Part shown: piece after piece, positions 8,809-17,924 of the stretch | Numbering within the stretch: position 1 is the stretch's first letter | Layout of the letters: every line of letters begins with the position of its first letter | NCBI GenBank assembly: GCA_023475225.1 | Contig: JAMCVK010000028.1 | Span: forward strand, 9,962-73,961 | Source: Chloroflexota bacterium | GTDB lineage: Bacteria; Chloroflexota; UBA6077; FW602-bin22; JAMCVK01 | Reading direction: 5' to 3' | Length of the DNA: 64,000 bases | Position numbers and translations under genes: made by a program | Notes under the pieces: generated by a model | The model's database searches: none | Seen by the model: the letters and a program-made list of their open reading frames with translations, nothing else | What the model was told of the DNA's origin: nothing

Positions 8809-10283
8809 AAATACTTTTGCTGGTTCCACCGAAGGGTTATTATGCCCGAAGATATTCGCCGGAGAATACATTTCCCCATCTTGGGCTAGGTTACGTGGCC
8901 GCTAGCTTACGCCAGGCCGGCTTCGCTGTCGAGATTCTGGACGCTTACGTCAAGAGACTTTCCTGTAACGCTTTAGGACCGCTTTTGAAGCAGAAAAACC
9001 CAGATGTTGTAGGGGTGACCTTCACCACAGAGACACGCTTTGAAGGCTTTGAGACTATTCGCACGGCTAAACGCTCGTTACCAGGAGCGACCATAATCGC
9101 TGGCGGACCCCACGTCACCGCTGCGGCTGAAGATACGCTATTGCATATTCCCGAACTGGATATCATCGTCCGAGGAGAGGCTGAAGAAACAATCGTAGAA
9201 CTGGCCAGAACGCTACAATACGGGATGAGGCTGGAAACAATTCACGGTATATCGTACCGGCAAGATGGACAGATTCGACACAATCCGAATCGTCCCTGGA
9301 TAAAAGACTTAGATAGCCTACCCTTCCCCGCCCGCGATCTCTTTGACCCGAAGGACCATACTTATATCTTTGCCCTACCCGATGGCCATAAGGTCATCGC
9401 CACCAGCCTCGTCACTATGCGGGGATGCCCTTATCGGTGCAACTTCTGTTTTTCAAGTAGCATGTGGGGACACGCGGTTCGCATGAGGTCCCCCGAGAAC
9501 ATTCTCCAAGAAATAGATGAAATCGTTGATGGGTTTGGTATCAAGGGGATGTGGTTTTACGATGATACATTCACCATTGACCGAGCGAGAACGAAAGAGC
9601 TCTGCCAGCTGATCGTAGCGCATCACCCAGACATTCGATGGTATTGTCAAACTCGGGTAAATAACGTGGATAAAGAGCTGCTGGCCACGATGAAAGAGGC
9701 CGGCTGTTGCTATATTTCCTTCGGGGTGGAATCTGGTTGTCAGCGTATTATTGACCAAGTTGTAGACAAGCATATCCGACTGGAACAGGTGCGGAAGGCC
9801 GCCGCTTGGTGCAAGGAGTTGGACATCGCCGCCAATTTTACTTTCATTGTCAGTCATCCCGCTGAGACCATCACCGACGCTAGACAGACTCTTAACCTGG
9901 TAGCTGATCTTATGAAGGACCACGAGGTGAACATGGGGGTGATGAAGATTCACCCTGGCACTGAGATCGAGCGCATCGCCAGACTGAAGGGAATCTTGCC
10001 CAAGGACTTCTCCTGGGCAAAGGAGTACACAGATGAGGTTTTCGCCATGCCCCTGGAATTCGGCAGCGCACCCATATTTATGGATAAGATGAGTTGGTCC
10101 GAGATCAGCGCGCTGGTTATAGAGTACGCGGCTATGAAGAAGATCCCTATCTGGCAGAGGGTACCGCGGATACTGTCGAACATCCGCACTACAGCCGATG
10201 TGGTCCATTACCTGACCGCTCTCGTGTCCTATCTGAGGTATAATCTATCCCGCCTTATACCTATAAGGTCTAAACATGCCTAG
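8805..10283 (+). CDS. B12-binding-domain radical SAM protein, paralog of 2583..4031.
   Basis: The start at MKILLLVPPKG (ATG 8805) forms an ATGA overlap with the upstream stop. The listed 8406 start lies inside the methyltransferase gene. Motif RGCPYRCNFC. Shares LD.LPFPAR and GISYR..RHNP with the first B12-rSAM. Confidence 0.8.
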   Translation: MKILLLVPPKGYYARRYSPENTFPHLGLGYVAASLRQAGFAVEILDAYVKRLSCNALGPLLKQKNPDVVGVTFTTETRFEGFETIRTAKRSLPGATIIAGGPHVTAAAEDTLLHIPELDIIVRGEAEETIVELARTLQYGMRLETIHGISYRQDGQIRHNPNRPWIKDLDSLPFPARDLFDPKDHTYIFALPDGHKVIATSLVTMRGCPYRCNFCFSSSMWGHAVRMRSPENILQEIDEIVDGFGIKGMWFYDDTFTIDRARTKELCQLIVAHHPDIRWYCQTRVNNVDKELLATMKEAGCCYISFGVESGCQRIIDQVVDKHIRLEQVRKAAAWCKELDIAANFTFIVSHPAETITDARQTLNLVADLMKDHEVNMGVMKIHPGTEIERIARLKGILPKDFSWAKEYTDEVFAMPLEFGSAPIFMDKMSWSEISALVIEYAAMKKIPIWQRVPRILSNIRTTADVVHYLTALVSYLRYNLSRLIPIRSKHA

Positions 10284-10335
10284 GATCCTTACTATGGAAA
10301 GGAGTAATGCTTGAGCTATGGAAAGAGCGTTAAAT

Positions 10336-10453
10336 AACGGGGGTTCCAAGGGGCGTAGCCCCTTTGGCAGGGGTCTGGGGATGTGCCCCAGAGCACAAAA
10401 AGAAAGCCCGCAGGGCTACCTTGAACCCCACAGGGGGTTTGGGGGAGATATTC
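10336..10453 (+). repeat. Copy A of a GC-rich multi-hairpin intergenic repeat.
   Basis: Near-identical to 18023..18155. Hairpins: ccaaggggc/gcccctttgg (10346-10367), tctgggg/ccccaga (10374-10392), agccc/gggct (10405-10417), aacccc/ggggtt (10424-10439). In addition ggggttccaagg (10340-10351) is complementary to ccttgaacccc (10419-10429). Confidence 0.8.
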
Positions 10454-10509
10454 GACACCCTCATGGAAACACTAAAGAGCATAGCAGGGGCGCTGTTGCT
10501 GCCCTTTGG

Positions 10510-12038
10510 ATGGGAAGGAATCTCTTGCCCATGCTCTTTCTTTTTGTGGCCGCCCTTATACCACGAGCGCTGGATCTAGACAAGACTTTGCTTTTCGGCG
10601 CGTCGGTTTGGGTCGAGCGCGCCCAGCAGTTTTGGGCAGCCCTGGGCAGGTTAGACTTTGAAGGAACCTTCATCACCGGACACCCGGGTGTGATTAACAT
10701 GTTTCTTTATCGTTCATATAGGTTGGTCGCTGACCAATATCCGCAGACCCTAGCCCCTCAGGTGATACTCCTCGCCTTGCTAGTGCCCTGTGTGTATTGG
10801 CTCATGAAAGAAGTCACTGACGATACTGTTGTAGGTCTGGCAGCGGGGGTTTTCATCGCCTTCGATCCGTTCCTTATCGCCTTCGCCAGAAGCACTCTTC
10901 TCGATGGCCTGATGGGCATGATGGGGGGGTCTCGGTGACCTGCTATGCTGTCGCGGCGAAAAGACCTAATCTTGTCTACGTCTCAGGCTTTTTGCTTGGC
11001 CTCACCATTCTCAGCAAGCTTCAAGGCTTTATGGTGGCTGGGGTACTCGTTGGCTGGGAGCTGTTCCACATCATTGTGTCAGATCTAAGAGCCGGTTATG
11101 GTTGGAGGGGCACGGCCAGGCTGGCCAAGACATCATCGGCCAAACTGGCGAAGGTCGCTGCCACTTCCATGATGACGATCTGGTTACTCTGGCCCGTCTT
11201 GTGGAGTGACCCGCTGCGGACTTTTCGCGAATTATTGGACGCCGCTATTATGTCAACCACCGTTGACCACGGTGTCCCAATACCTTTCCTGGGACAGTTG
11301 AATAACGACCCTGGCCCTCTTTATTACGCCGTCACGATGCTCATTCATCTGACACCCATCACTCTCGTTCTCTCCTTGGTAGGATCATATGTGGTGGCGC
11401 GTCGATTCTGGCATCGCTCATGGGAGCACTCATTCCTGTTGGTCTTTTTCGGCGCTGCCTTTCTCGTCTTGGCCACCATGGTGGCCCACAAGGCCGACAG
11501 ATATATAATGCCTGTCTACCCTGTCACTGATATCCTTGGCGGAATCGGCGCGGTAGCGCTTCTGCGCCACCTTCGACTTCCAAATCTGCTCTTCAGCGTT
11601 GTACTCGTCGGTTTGATGCTGGCCCACTCGGTTCCTGTCATCTTCACACATCCGGACTATGTGGTTTATGCTAATCCCCTGCTGGGCGGGACAGCAGGGC
11701 AATCATGGATTATGCATTATGGCTATGGAGCAGGATATAGAGAGGCCTTCGAGTATCTAAACTCAAGGGAGGGGATTGATGAAAAGAAGATCTGGCTTGT
11801 GTACCCCGTTTTCGATTTCGCCACCTTCTACTCTGCGAGAGGCAAGATAGTATCATTAGACTCTCGGAGTGCCATAAGCAAGCAGCCAGCCGAGAAGCTT
11901 CCCGACTACATAGTCGTGGACGCTGTCACCCTCATGCGCGGCTTTGTGCCACCCGACCTTAAGGAGCAAGCTCTTGACCACGCGGTCAGCTTCGGCAGTG
12001 TCCCCTTCGTGTGGATATATAGGGTCGATAATAAATAA
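10510..12038 (+). pseudogene. ArnT/PMT-like (GT-C, GT39/83-type) polytopic membrane glycosyltransferase homolog, interrupted by a frameshift in a G7 run. This is either a true pseudogene, a phase variant or a sequencing error.
   Basis: ORFs 10318..10938 and 10935..12038 are in different frames. They read through as ..ARSTLLDGLMGMMGG / VSVTCYAVAAKRPNLVYVSGFLLGLTILSK if one G is added to the run at 10923-10929. The DE motif seen in the paralogs (FWGDE) is replaced by FGAS. Confidence 0.55.
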
Positions 12039-12958
12039 TGATGTTGAGCAAAGATCATCTTAAAGAGAGACAGGCGAGCGATGTCTATGCGGCCCATTGG
12101 GAGCAAAGGCCATCGGTAGATTTTGCTGCTACTTCTATCCCTAAAACCATAAAGATGTCCAAGGTAACAAGATTTATAGATAGTCTAAGATTACCCCCAA
12201 AAGCAAGGGCGCTGGATATTGGTTGCGCTGATGGTCTTTATTTGGCCCTGCTCGCACAACGGAACTTTGAAGTGGTGGGTGTAGACTACGTATGGCCAAA
12301 TGTATCTAAAGCTATCCTCCAAACCAAGGATATAAAAGGCAACCTGGGTATCATACAAGGCGATGCAGAAAGGCTGCCCTTCGCCACTGGCGTCTTCGAC
12401 TTGTGCACGCACCTTGCTGTACTGGAGCATTTGCCTCACCCCGAAGAAAGCCTGGCTGAGTGTTCAAGAGTGCTTAGAGATGGCGGACATTTAGTCTTAT
12501 ACACCTGTAACGATAAACAGCCCTTTTTCCTGGCTTTACGAAGAATGCTTGCCCCTAAGAGTCACGTCCGTTGGTGGAATAGTTTAGGGCATTCCCCTGA
12601 GGGGTACTTTTCCGAGAGAAGACTCAAGGAGATGTTAATAAGAAATAGTTTGCGCCTGAAGACCGTGCAGTATAACCATGCTTTGTTCTCATACATCTAC
12701 GATTTATGCCTTTTTCAGTGGCTGCTCAAGATAGGTAACGAATTGCTATTGAGGAGACGAAAGCCCGGCCCCGACAGGTTGAGCGGCTATAATAGCCTTA
12801 TTAAACTTTACAATAGTCTAATATATCCACTGCTACAGATACTGGATGGATTGGATCACATATTGTTTTACCGCTACAGATGTAGTTTTTCTATATTGAT
12901 TGTTGCGGAAAAGGTAGCTAAGGATAAATGCTTACATCCCTTAGACGAAATCTACTAG
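12038..12958 (+). CDS. Class I SAM-dependent methyltransferase.
   Basis: 306 aa. Motif I ALDIGCADGLY. Motif post-I/II region GDAERLPFATGVFDLC..LEHL. Confidence 0.7.
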   Translation: MMLSKDHLKERQASDVYAAHWEQRPSVDFAATSIPKTIKMSKVTRFIDSLRLPPKARALDIGCADGLYLALLAQRNFEVVGVDYVWPNVSKAILQTKDIKGNLGIIQGDAERLPFATGVFDLCTHLAVLEHLPHPEESLAECSRVLRDGGHLVLYTCNDKQPFFLALRRMLAPKSHVRWWNSLGHSPEGYFSERRLKEMLIRNSLRLKTVQYNHALFSYIYDLCLFQWLLKIGNELLLRRRKPGPDRLSGYNSLIKLYNSLIYPLLQILDGLDHILFYRYRCSFSILIVAEKVAKDKCLHPLDEIY

Positions 12959-13929
12959 TATTACAGTTACTGGCTGGAGGGTTACTGCTCGTCTTAATTC
13001 TCTCCCGTCTGGATATGGCGAAGCTGGGCAGAATATTCCAATCGGCAGATTATCGCTATATCTTACTGGGAATAGCCTTGTTCGTTGTCAGCACCCTCAT
13101 TGACACCTACCGCTGGCAGATATTTGTGAAACCACTAGGAGTAGCAGTCTCATTACGACGACTCTTCGCCTATTACTACATAAGTCTGCTCCTGGGTATG
13201 TTTTTGCCTGGTAAACTGGGACAGGATTTGACCCGCATCGTTGCCCTATCTCGATCCAGCAAGCACAACGTGGAATCAACCGCTTCGGTGCTCATGGTCA
13301 GGTTTATGGGCATCGTCGCCTTATCCCTGATAGCCTCGCTCTCCCTCGTGTTATCCTGGCCCCTGGTGAGACATACCAACATCACTATCGGCGTAATCGT
13401 CTTGTGCCTGATCTGTGGCACTGGACTTATAGTCTTATTCAATAAGCAGTTATCAGCCAGGATCTTTCACCTGACCTTCGGAGTATCAGTTTGGGATATG
13501 AAAGACATCGCTGAGCGATCGTACACTAGCCTCTCTCTTTATCGGGAGCCCAGGGTCTTGCTCAAGGGGTTGGGGCTGTCCATCGCCACCCATCTTGTGG
13601 CCATAAGCTACACCTATACCCTATCCTTAGCCGTGGGACTGAACACCTCATTTCTCATTTTCCTAAGCGTCATCCCGCTGATTACGGTAGCTTCGATGAT
13701 TCCCGTGACCTTTCAAGGCATTGGGGTACGTGAGGGTGCCTTTGTCTATATATTCAGTCAATTGGGTATAATGGCTGAAAAGGCCTTCGCCCTATCCCTA
13801 ACAACCTACCTGCTTTCCATCCTGAGTGCATTGATAGGCATAGTGGCCTATTTCTCGCTGGTTATGCGGGCCGAAACGCAACCGATTGCTGACCTACCGG
13901 CGTCAGAGACCAGGATCACATCCAGGTGA
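12928..13929 (+). CDS. Flippase-like polytopic membrane protein (lysylphosphatidylglycerol-synthase TM-region / UPF0104-like).
   Basis: 333 aa with about 8 hydrophobic segments. The N-terminal pattern (LxxxxLxxIFxxADYRYILLGIALFVVSTLIDTYRWQIF) is typical of this family. Confidence 0.6.
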   Translation: MLTSLRRNLLVLQLLAGGLLLVLILSRLDMAKLGRIFQSADYRYILLGIALFVVSTLIDTYRWQIFVKPLGVAVSLRRLFAYYYISLLLGMFLPGKLGQDLTRIVALSRSSKHNVESTASVLMVRFMGIVALSLIASLSLVLSWPLVRHTNITIGVIVLCLICGTGLIVLFNKQLSARIFHLTFGVSVWDMKDIAERSYTSLSLYREPRVLLKGLGLSIATHLVAISYTYTLSLAVGLNTSFLIFLSVIPLITVASMIPVTFQGIGVREGAFVYIFSQLGIMAEKAFALSLTTYLLSILSALIGIVAYFSLVMRAETQPIADLPASETRITSR

Positions 13930-13985
13930 CTTGAGACTATTGAGCAACGAGGATTCCCAAATGAAAGCGGGGCAACTCAAGACAA

Positions 13986-16900
13986 ATGCGTAAATCTCAA
14001 CTATTGAATAAAATAAGCCACCAAAATAGGGCGGTTGGGCTGGCGGAGAGGAGACAGCTGCTCGACGGTCTACTCGCCGTAGGGGTGATCACCTATGGCC
14101 TGCTCGTATTGATTCGGGTACAACGCCTCCCTCTGGTACCATTCGACCTCGACTACTTAGCGATAGCCCTCTTTCTGGTAGCTCTCAGTCTATGGCTGGT
14201 AGGCTGGCTGGGCAAAACCGGCGAGCGCTGGTGGCCAAGCAGCAGCCGAATCGCCTCCTCACTGCTGCTTATAACCATACTCAGCGCTGACCATATGACG
14301 GCTATGCTCCCTGTGCGCAGTAACGTACTTTCTATAGCCCTCACCTTCTTTGTCCTTATGCTTGTCTGGGCATCCCAAAAAGAGCTCCAGTCCCTCTGGA
14401 AGAGGGCAGTTGGGCTGGCCCTTATGCTTGGCTGGGCATCCCAAAAAGAGCTCCAGTCCCTCTGGAAGAGGGCAGTTGGGCTGGCGGAGAGGGGCTGCAC
14501 CACACTCACCGAAAGACCATCAGTAGTGACAGCGGCTCTCCTACTCGTTTACCTTGCAATCCGCCTATGGCTGAATCGTACCTGGATCGGCAACGATGAG
14601 GGCAATATGGTCTACGACGCCAAGCTGATCGCTGAGGGATACGTGCCCTTCCGAGACTTCGTCGCTCGGGGCACTCCCCTTATCTATTTCTATGCTCTTT
14701 TCGTGAAGCTGTTTGGCGCCAACATCTACGTCATCAAGACCGTAAATGCTTTCCTCTCTACAGCGATAGTTTATGTCATCTACCTGATCGGAACAGCCTT
14801 ACACAGTCGACGAGCCGGGCTACTGGCTGCTCTACTCTACGTCCTCTCACCCATCGTCCTCACTATTCAGACCCTCATCCTAGTCTTTGTCCAGACCGGA
14901 TTACCAGTCAGCCTGGGCGCCTATTTCTTCATTAAAAGTGAGGCGACCTCCTACCGCCGCCCCCTGTTCCTCTCAGGCTTGTTCCTCTCCCTCTCGTTTT
15001 TCACCGCCGCCAGTTCCTTGCCCTTTATGCTGTCGCTGCCGCTAGTTTTAGGTCTGTGTCGCTATCGCCGAGGCATCCTTGATTTCGCCCGGCGCCTGGG
15101 CTATTACCTGGCTGGTATTCTTGTCCCTGCCTTAGCCATTTTCGGTTTTTATACCTGGCATCTTGGCTTCCCCGCCGGTGTTTGGAAGCCCCTCGACATC
15201 TCCGAGGTGGGACAAAATATGCCTCGCCTCTCCAGCGAAGGTACCATTTACAACTGGACCTTGGGGACAACACTCAGTACCTATCTGCTCGCCCTGGCTC
15301 TGGTGGCCCTAATCTATATATTTATGACCAGGCGTTCTCATCTCTACTTCGCCGGTCTACTGCTCGCTGCTTGGTTCTTTTCCGCCCTCAGCGTGTACAT
15401 CTGGTATTCGTTCCAGGTAGGCTTCTTTAACGATTACACCATCGAATTTATGTCCCCTCTAAGTCTTCTGGCTGCTCTCTTTGTGACGGAGATCAACAAA
15501 GTGACGCTGGATCGACAGATGCCTAAGACGGTCAACCTCCTCACTGCCCTCTTGGTTATCTTCTCTCTAGTCTCTATACCAATAGAACCGGTCCAGTCCA
15601 GCAGGGGGACTGTCTCTTATGGAAGCATCTTCGGCAGTGGCATCATGCCAGACACCCTAGAAAAGGTAACTCGATACCTAAAGCCTAGAGTTAAGCCGAA
15701 TGATGAAATTGCCGCCTGGGCCTTGCAATATCCCTTGCAAGCGGGTTGCCGACAGCTTATGGACATCAGTCATCCCCTTATTTATGATGGCAACGCTAGG
15801 CTAGCCGAAGCTATGGGCTCCTATAGCCGGGCAGATATCATTGAGCACTTCGCCACTCGTAACGTGAAATACGTCGTTGAGGATGGACTCCGCCCTGCCT
15901 TTCCCTTCCTGGATGACATCAGGGATCTCACCTACCGTCTGGTGACGATGATTGACGAGGTGCGCATTTATAAAAGGGTGAACGACGATGCCTTCGCCAA
16001 GGCGGCGCGTTTCGTTCAGGAGCACCACCAGGATGGCGATATAGTCGTCTCCAGTTCGATGTGGGCCAAACAGTTCCTCGGCAAGTATGACTACTTCGCC
16101 ATGCAGAAAGACTATAAGAAGTACATCTTAATCGACGGCGACCAGATGGTCGATATGGGGCAGGGCGCCCCCCTCCTTTCCGACGTACGAGAACTGCGGA
16201 ATGTCCTGAGCCGGAATCAGCGGGTATGGTTGCTTGCTGTAAGGGGTAGGCTTACAGCCTCCTTTATGGAGTACGTTAAGTCTAGGATGACGCTCGTCTA
16301 TCAGGTCGGAACTGTGGAGGTGTACGTCTCAGATAAGACCGAAGCGTGGCCGGCGATAGAGCGAAAGAAACTAGGGGTATTGCTCGCGAATGGTAGTTTT
16401 GAAGATAGGGATGGCGATGGCTTGCCCGATGGCTGGGATACGTTAGACTGGAAGGGGTCAACACAGGTGTACGGCCTTGAACGCAAAGATGGACGAGATG
16501 TGGCCAGGATAGAGAAGACAAACGAGAGCGGTGGGGCAGCATATGTCCAATATCTTCCCCTATTTCCCGGACAGCAATACCACCTCCGTGGCTACGCCAA
16601 GGGAGCGGAGTCCCGCATCTACATTGAGTATTGGGATAACAGATGGCAATACTTTAACAATGATATAGTTAGCCCTGTAGAGAGTGGGCTCTTCACCCCC
16701 TCACTCGACTGGCAGTCGTTTTCTTTCGAATTTACAGCCCCCCTGGAAGCAGCCACAGCTCGGGTAGCCCTGGCCATCACAGGGCCTGGTACAGCTTGGT
16801 TCCGAGACGTCGCCCTGGAAGAGGCTCAGGTTTATGAAGAGAAAGACCCCAGCGGTTCTTTCTCCGCCAATGGCTTCATCGAACTGGGAGATATTTACCG

Positions 16901-17924
16901 GTCTGATGGCGACTCGGAGACCGCAGAGAAGGCGTATATGAAGGCTATCCTCCTCGACCCTGAGGCCAGCCTGGCTTATACTGGCTTGGGCGATCTGTCC
17001 CTGGATAAAGGAAGTGCGGAGGAAGCGATATCCTGGTACAAAAGGGCCGTGGCTGTGGGTACCCGCCCTTACGATGTGCACCTGCGCTTTGGCGACCTCT
17101 ATCGCTCGCTGGGGAGAGCAGGCGATGCAGCCACCCAGTATAAGCTGGCCGCATCCATCGCCCCTGAGGATCCCTGGATTCGCCTGAGGCTGGGCGACCT
17201 GGCCAAGGGGCAGGGCCAAACGGATCAGGCCGTAAACTATTATAAAGAGGCCATCTCCCTGAACCCCAAATTGGTCTGGGGATATCAAAGATTGGGTGAG
17301 ATGGCTATGGATAAAGGCGACCTCGCCACAGCACGCCAGTACTATGAGAAGGCGTTATCCCTAAATCCTAAATTTTCCTCGGCTCTGGTTAGACTGGGTG
17401 ATATCGTCAAGGAGCAGGGACGAACGGAAGAGGCAACTCAGTATTATCAAAAAGCCATAGAGACTGATCCGGGTCAGTTTTGGGGTTATCTGAGACTGGC
17501 TGAAATAAGCCGAGCTAATGGTGACGTGGAGAAGGCCAAGTCGTATTATAAGCAGGCTGCCTCTCTCGATCCTAGATCACCCTACGCCTTCGTGGCTCTC
17601 GGCGATATCTATCGGAACACGGGGGAAATGAATAAGGCCATAGCCCAGTATGAGAAAGCGGCTCAGGTAGCCCCCAATATGGTTTGGCCATACGTTGGCC
17701 TGGGAGAGTGCTACCGAAGCCTAGACCGGCTGGAAAAGGCAGAGGATATGTATAAAAGGGCAATTCAAATCGACCCCAATAACTTCTGGGCCCACTTCGG
17801 CCTGGCCCAAACCCTCCAGGCCCAGGGCAGAACAAGCGAAGCCATCGCCCAGTACCAGGAGGCCCTCAAGATAGACCCCAGCAACACCTGGGCCCAAAAT
17901 GCGCTGAAACAATTGCAGCCATAA
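13986..17924 (+). CDS. Giant multidomain protein: N-terminal polytopic ArnT/PMT-like (GT-C) membrane domain, a conserved globular domain, a CBM4_9-like domain and a C-terminal TPR array.
   Basis: 1312 aa. Many TM segments. Acidic loop motif IGNDEGNMVYDA. Middle region is paralogous to ORF 1..1247. NGSFED...AWFRDVALEE is CBM-like. More than 10 TPR-type 34-aa repeats (..A..Y.KA..L.P....A...LG..Y). Confidence 0.75.
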   Translation: MRKSQLLNKISHQNRAVGLAERRQLLDGLLAVGVITYGLLVLIRVQRLPLVPFDLDYLAIALFLVALSLWLVGWLGKTGERWWPSSSRIASSLLLITILSADHMTAMLPVRSNVLSIALTFFVLMLVWASQKELQSLWKRAVGLALMLGWASQKELQSLWKRAVGLAERGCTTLTERPSVVTAALLLVYLAIRLWLNRTWIGNDEGNMVYDAKLIAEGYVPFRDFVARGTPLIYFYALFVKLFGANIYVIKTVNAFLSTAIVYVIYLIGTALHSRRAGLLAALLYVLSPIVLTIQTLILVFVQTGLPVSLGAYFFIKSEATSYRRPLFLSGLFLSLSFFTAASSLPFMLSLPLVLGLCRYRRGILDFARRLGYYLAGILVPALAIFGFYTWHLGFPAGVWKPLDISEVGQNMPRLSSEGTIYNWTLGTTLSTYLLALALVALIYIFMTRRSHLYFAGLLLAAWFFSALSVYIWYSFQVGFFNDYTIEFMSPLSLLAALFVTEINKVTLDRQMPKTVNLLTALLVIFSLVSIPIEPVQSSRGTVSYGSIFGSGIMPDTLEKVTRYLKPRVKPNDEIAAWALQYPLQAGCRQLMDISHPLIYDGNARLAEAMGSYSRADIIEHFATRNVKYVVEDGLRPAFPFLDDIRDLTYRLVTMIDEVRIYKRVNDDAFAKAARFVQEHHQDGDIVVSSSMWAKQFLGKYDYFAMQKDYKKYILIDGDQMVDMGQGAPLLSDVRELRNVLSRNQRVWLLAVRGRLTASFMEYVKSRMTLVYQVGTVEVYVSDKTEAWPAIERKKLGVLLANGSFEDRDGDGLPDGWDTLDWKGSTQVYGLERKDGRDVARIEKTNESGGAAYVQYLPLFPGQQYHLRGYAKGAESRIYIEYWDNRWQYFNNDIVSPVESGLFTPSLDWQSFSFEFTAPLEAATARVALAITGPGTAWFRDVALEEAQVYEEKDPSGSFSANGFIELGDIYRSDGDSETAEKAYMKAILLDPEASLAYTGLGDLSLDKGSAEEAISWYKRAVAVGTRPYDVHLRFGDLYRSLGRAGDAATQYKLAASIAPEDPWIRLRLGDLAKGQGQTDQAVNYYKEAISLNPKLVWGYQRLGEMAMDKGDLATARQYYEKALSLNPKFSSALVRLGDIVKEQGRTEEATQYYQKAIETDPGQFWGYLRLAEISRANGDVEKAKSYYKQAASLDPRSPYAFVALGDIYRNTGEMNKAIAQYEKAAQVAPNMVWPYVGLGECYRSLDRLEKAEDMYKRAIQIDPNNFWAHFGLAQTLQAQGRTSEAIAQYQEALKIDPSNTWAQNALKQLQP
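14354..14485 (+). repeat. Two-copy 66-bp in-frame tandem duplication inside the 13986 gene.
   Basis: 14354-14419 and 14420-14485 differ at a single base (t/g). They encode LMLVWASQKELQSLWKRAVGLA / LMLGWASQKELQSLWKRAVGLA. Confidence 0.95.

Noticed and set aside
4626-10208. Other sizeable antisense ORFs, in this span and elsewhere: 4626..5204, 9453..10208, 16701..17288, 35901..36398, 51488..51994 and 48711..49094.
   Set aside because: Each is nested opposite a gene that has clear family motifs. None shows a recognisable domain or a ribosome-binding site.
10318-10509. ORF translations that cover the repeat copies (MERALNNGGSKGRSPFGRGLG... at 10318 and MLNNGGSKGAQPLWQGSG... at 18014) resemble each other, and also resemble the tail of the 18183 GT4 gene.
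   Set aside because: The similarity is explained by the nucleotide repeat itself. The sequence is dominated by hairpin-forming GC palindromes, and neither ORF has a ribosome-binding site. They are treated as non-coding repeats, except where copy C is read through as the last codons of the GT4 gene.
10933-10938. Possible TGA read-through or recoding at the end of ORF 10318..10938.
   Set aside because: Reading on in the same frame past the TGA gives a non-membrane-like sequence that soon hits another stop. The family-like continuation is in a different frame, so a frameshift in the G7 run is the simpler explanation.
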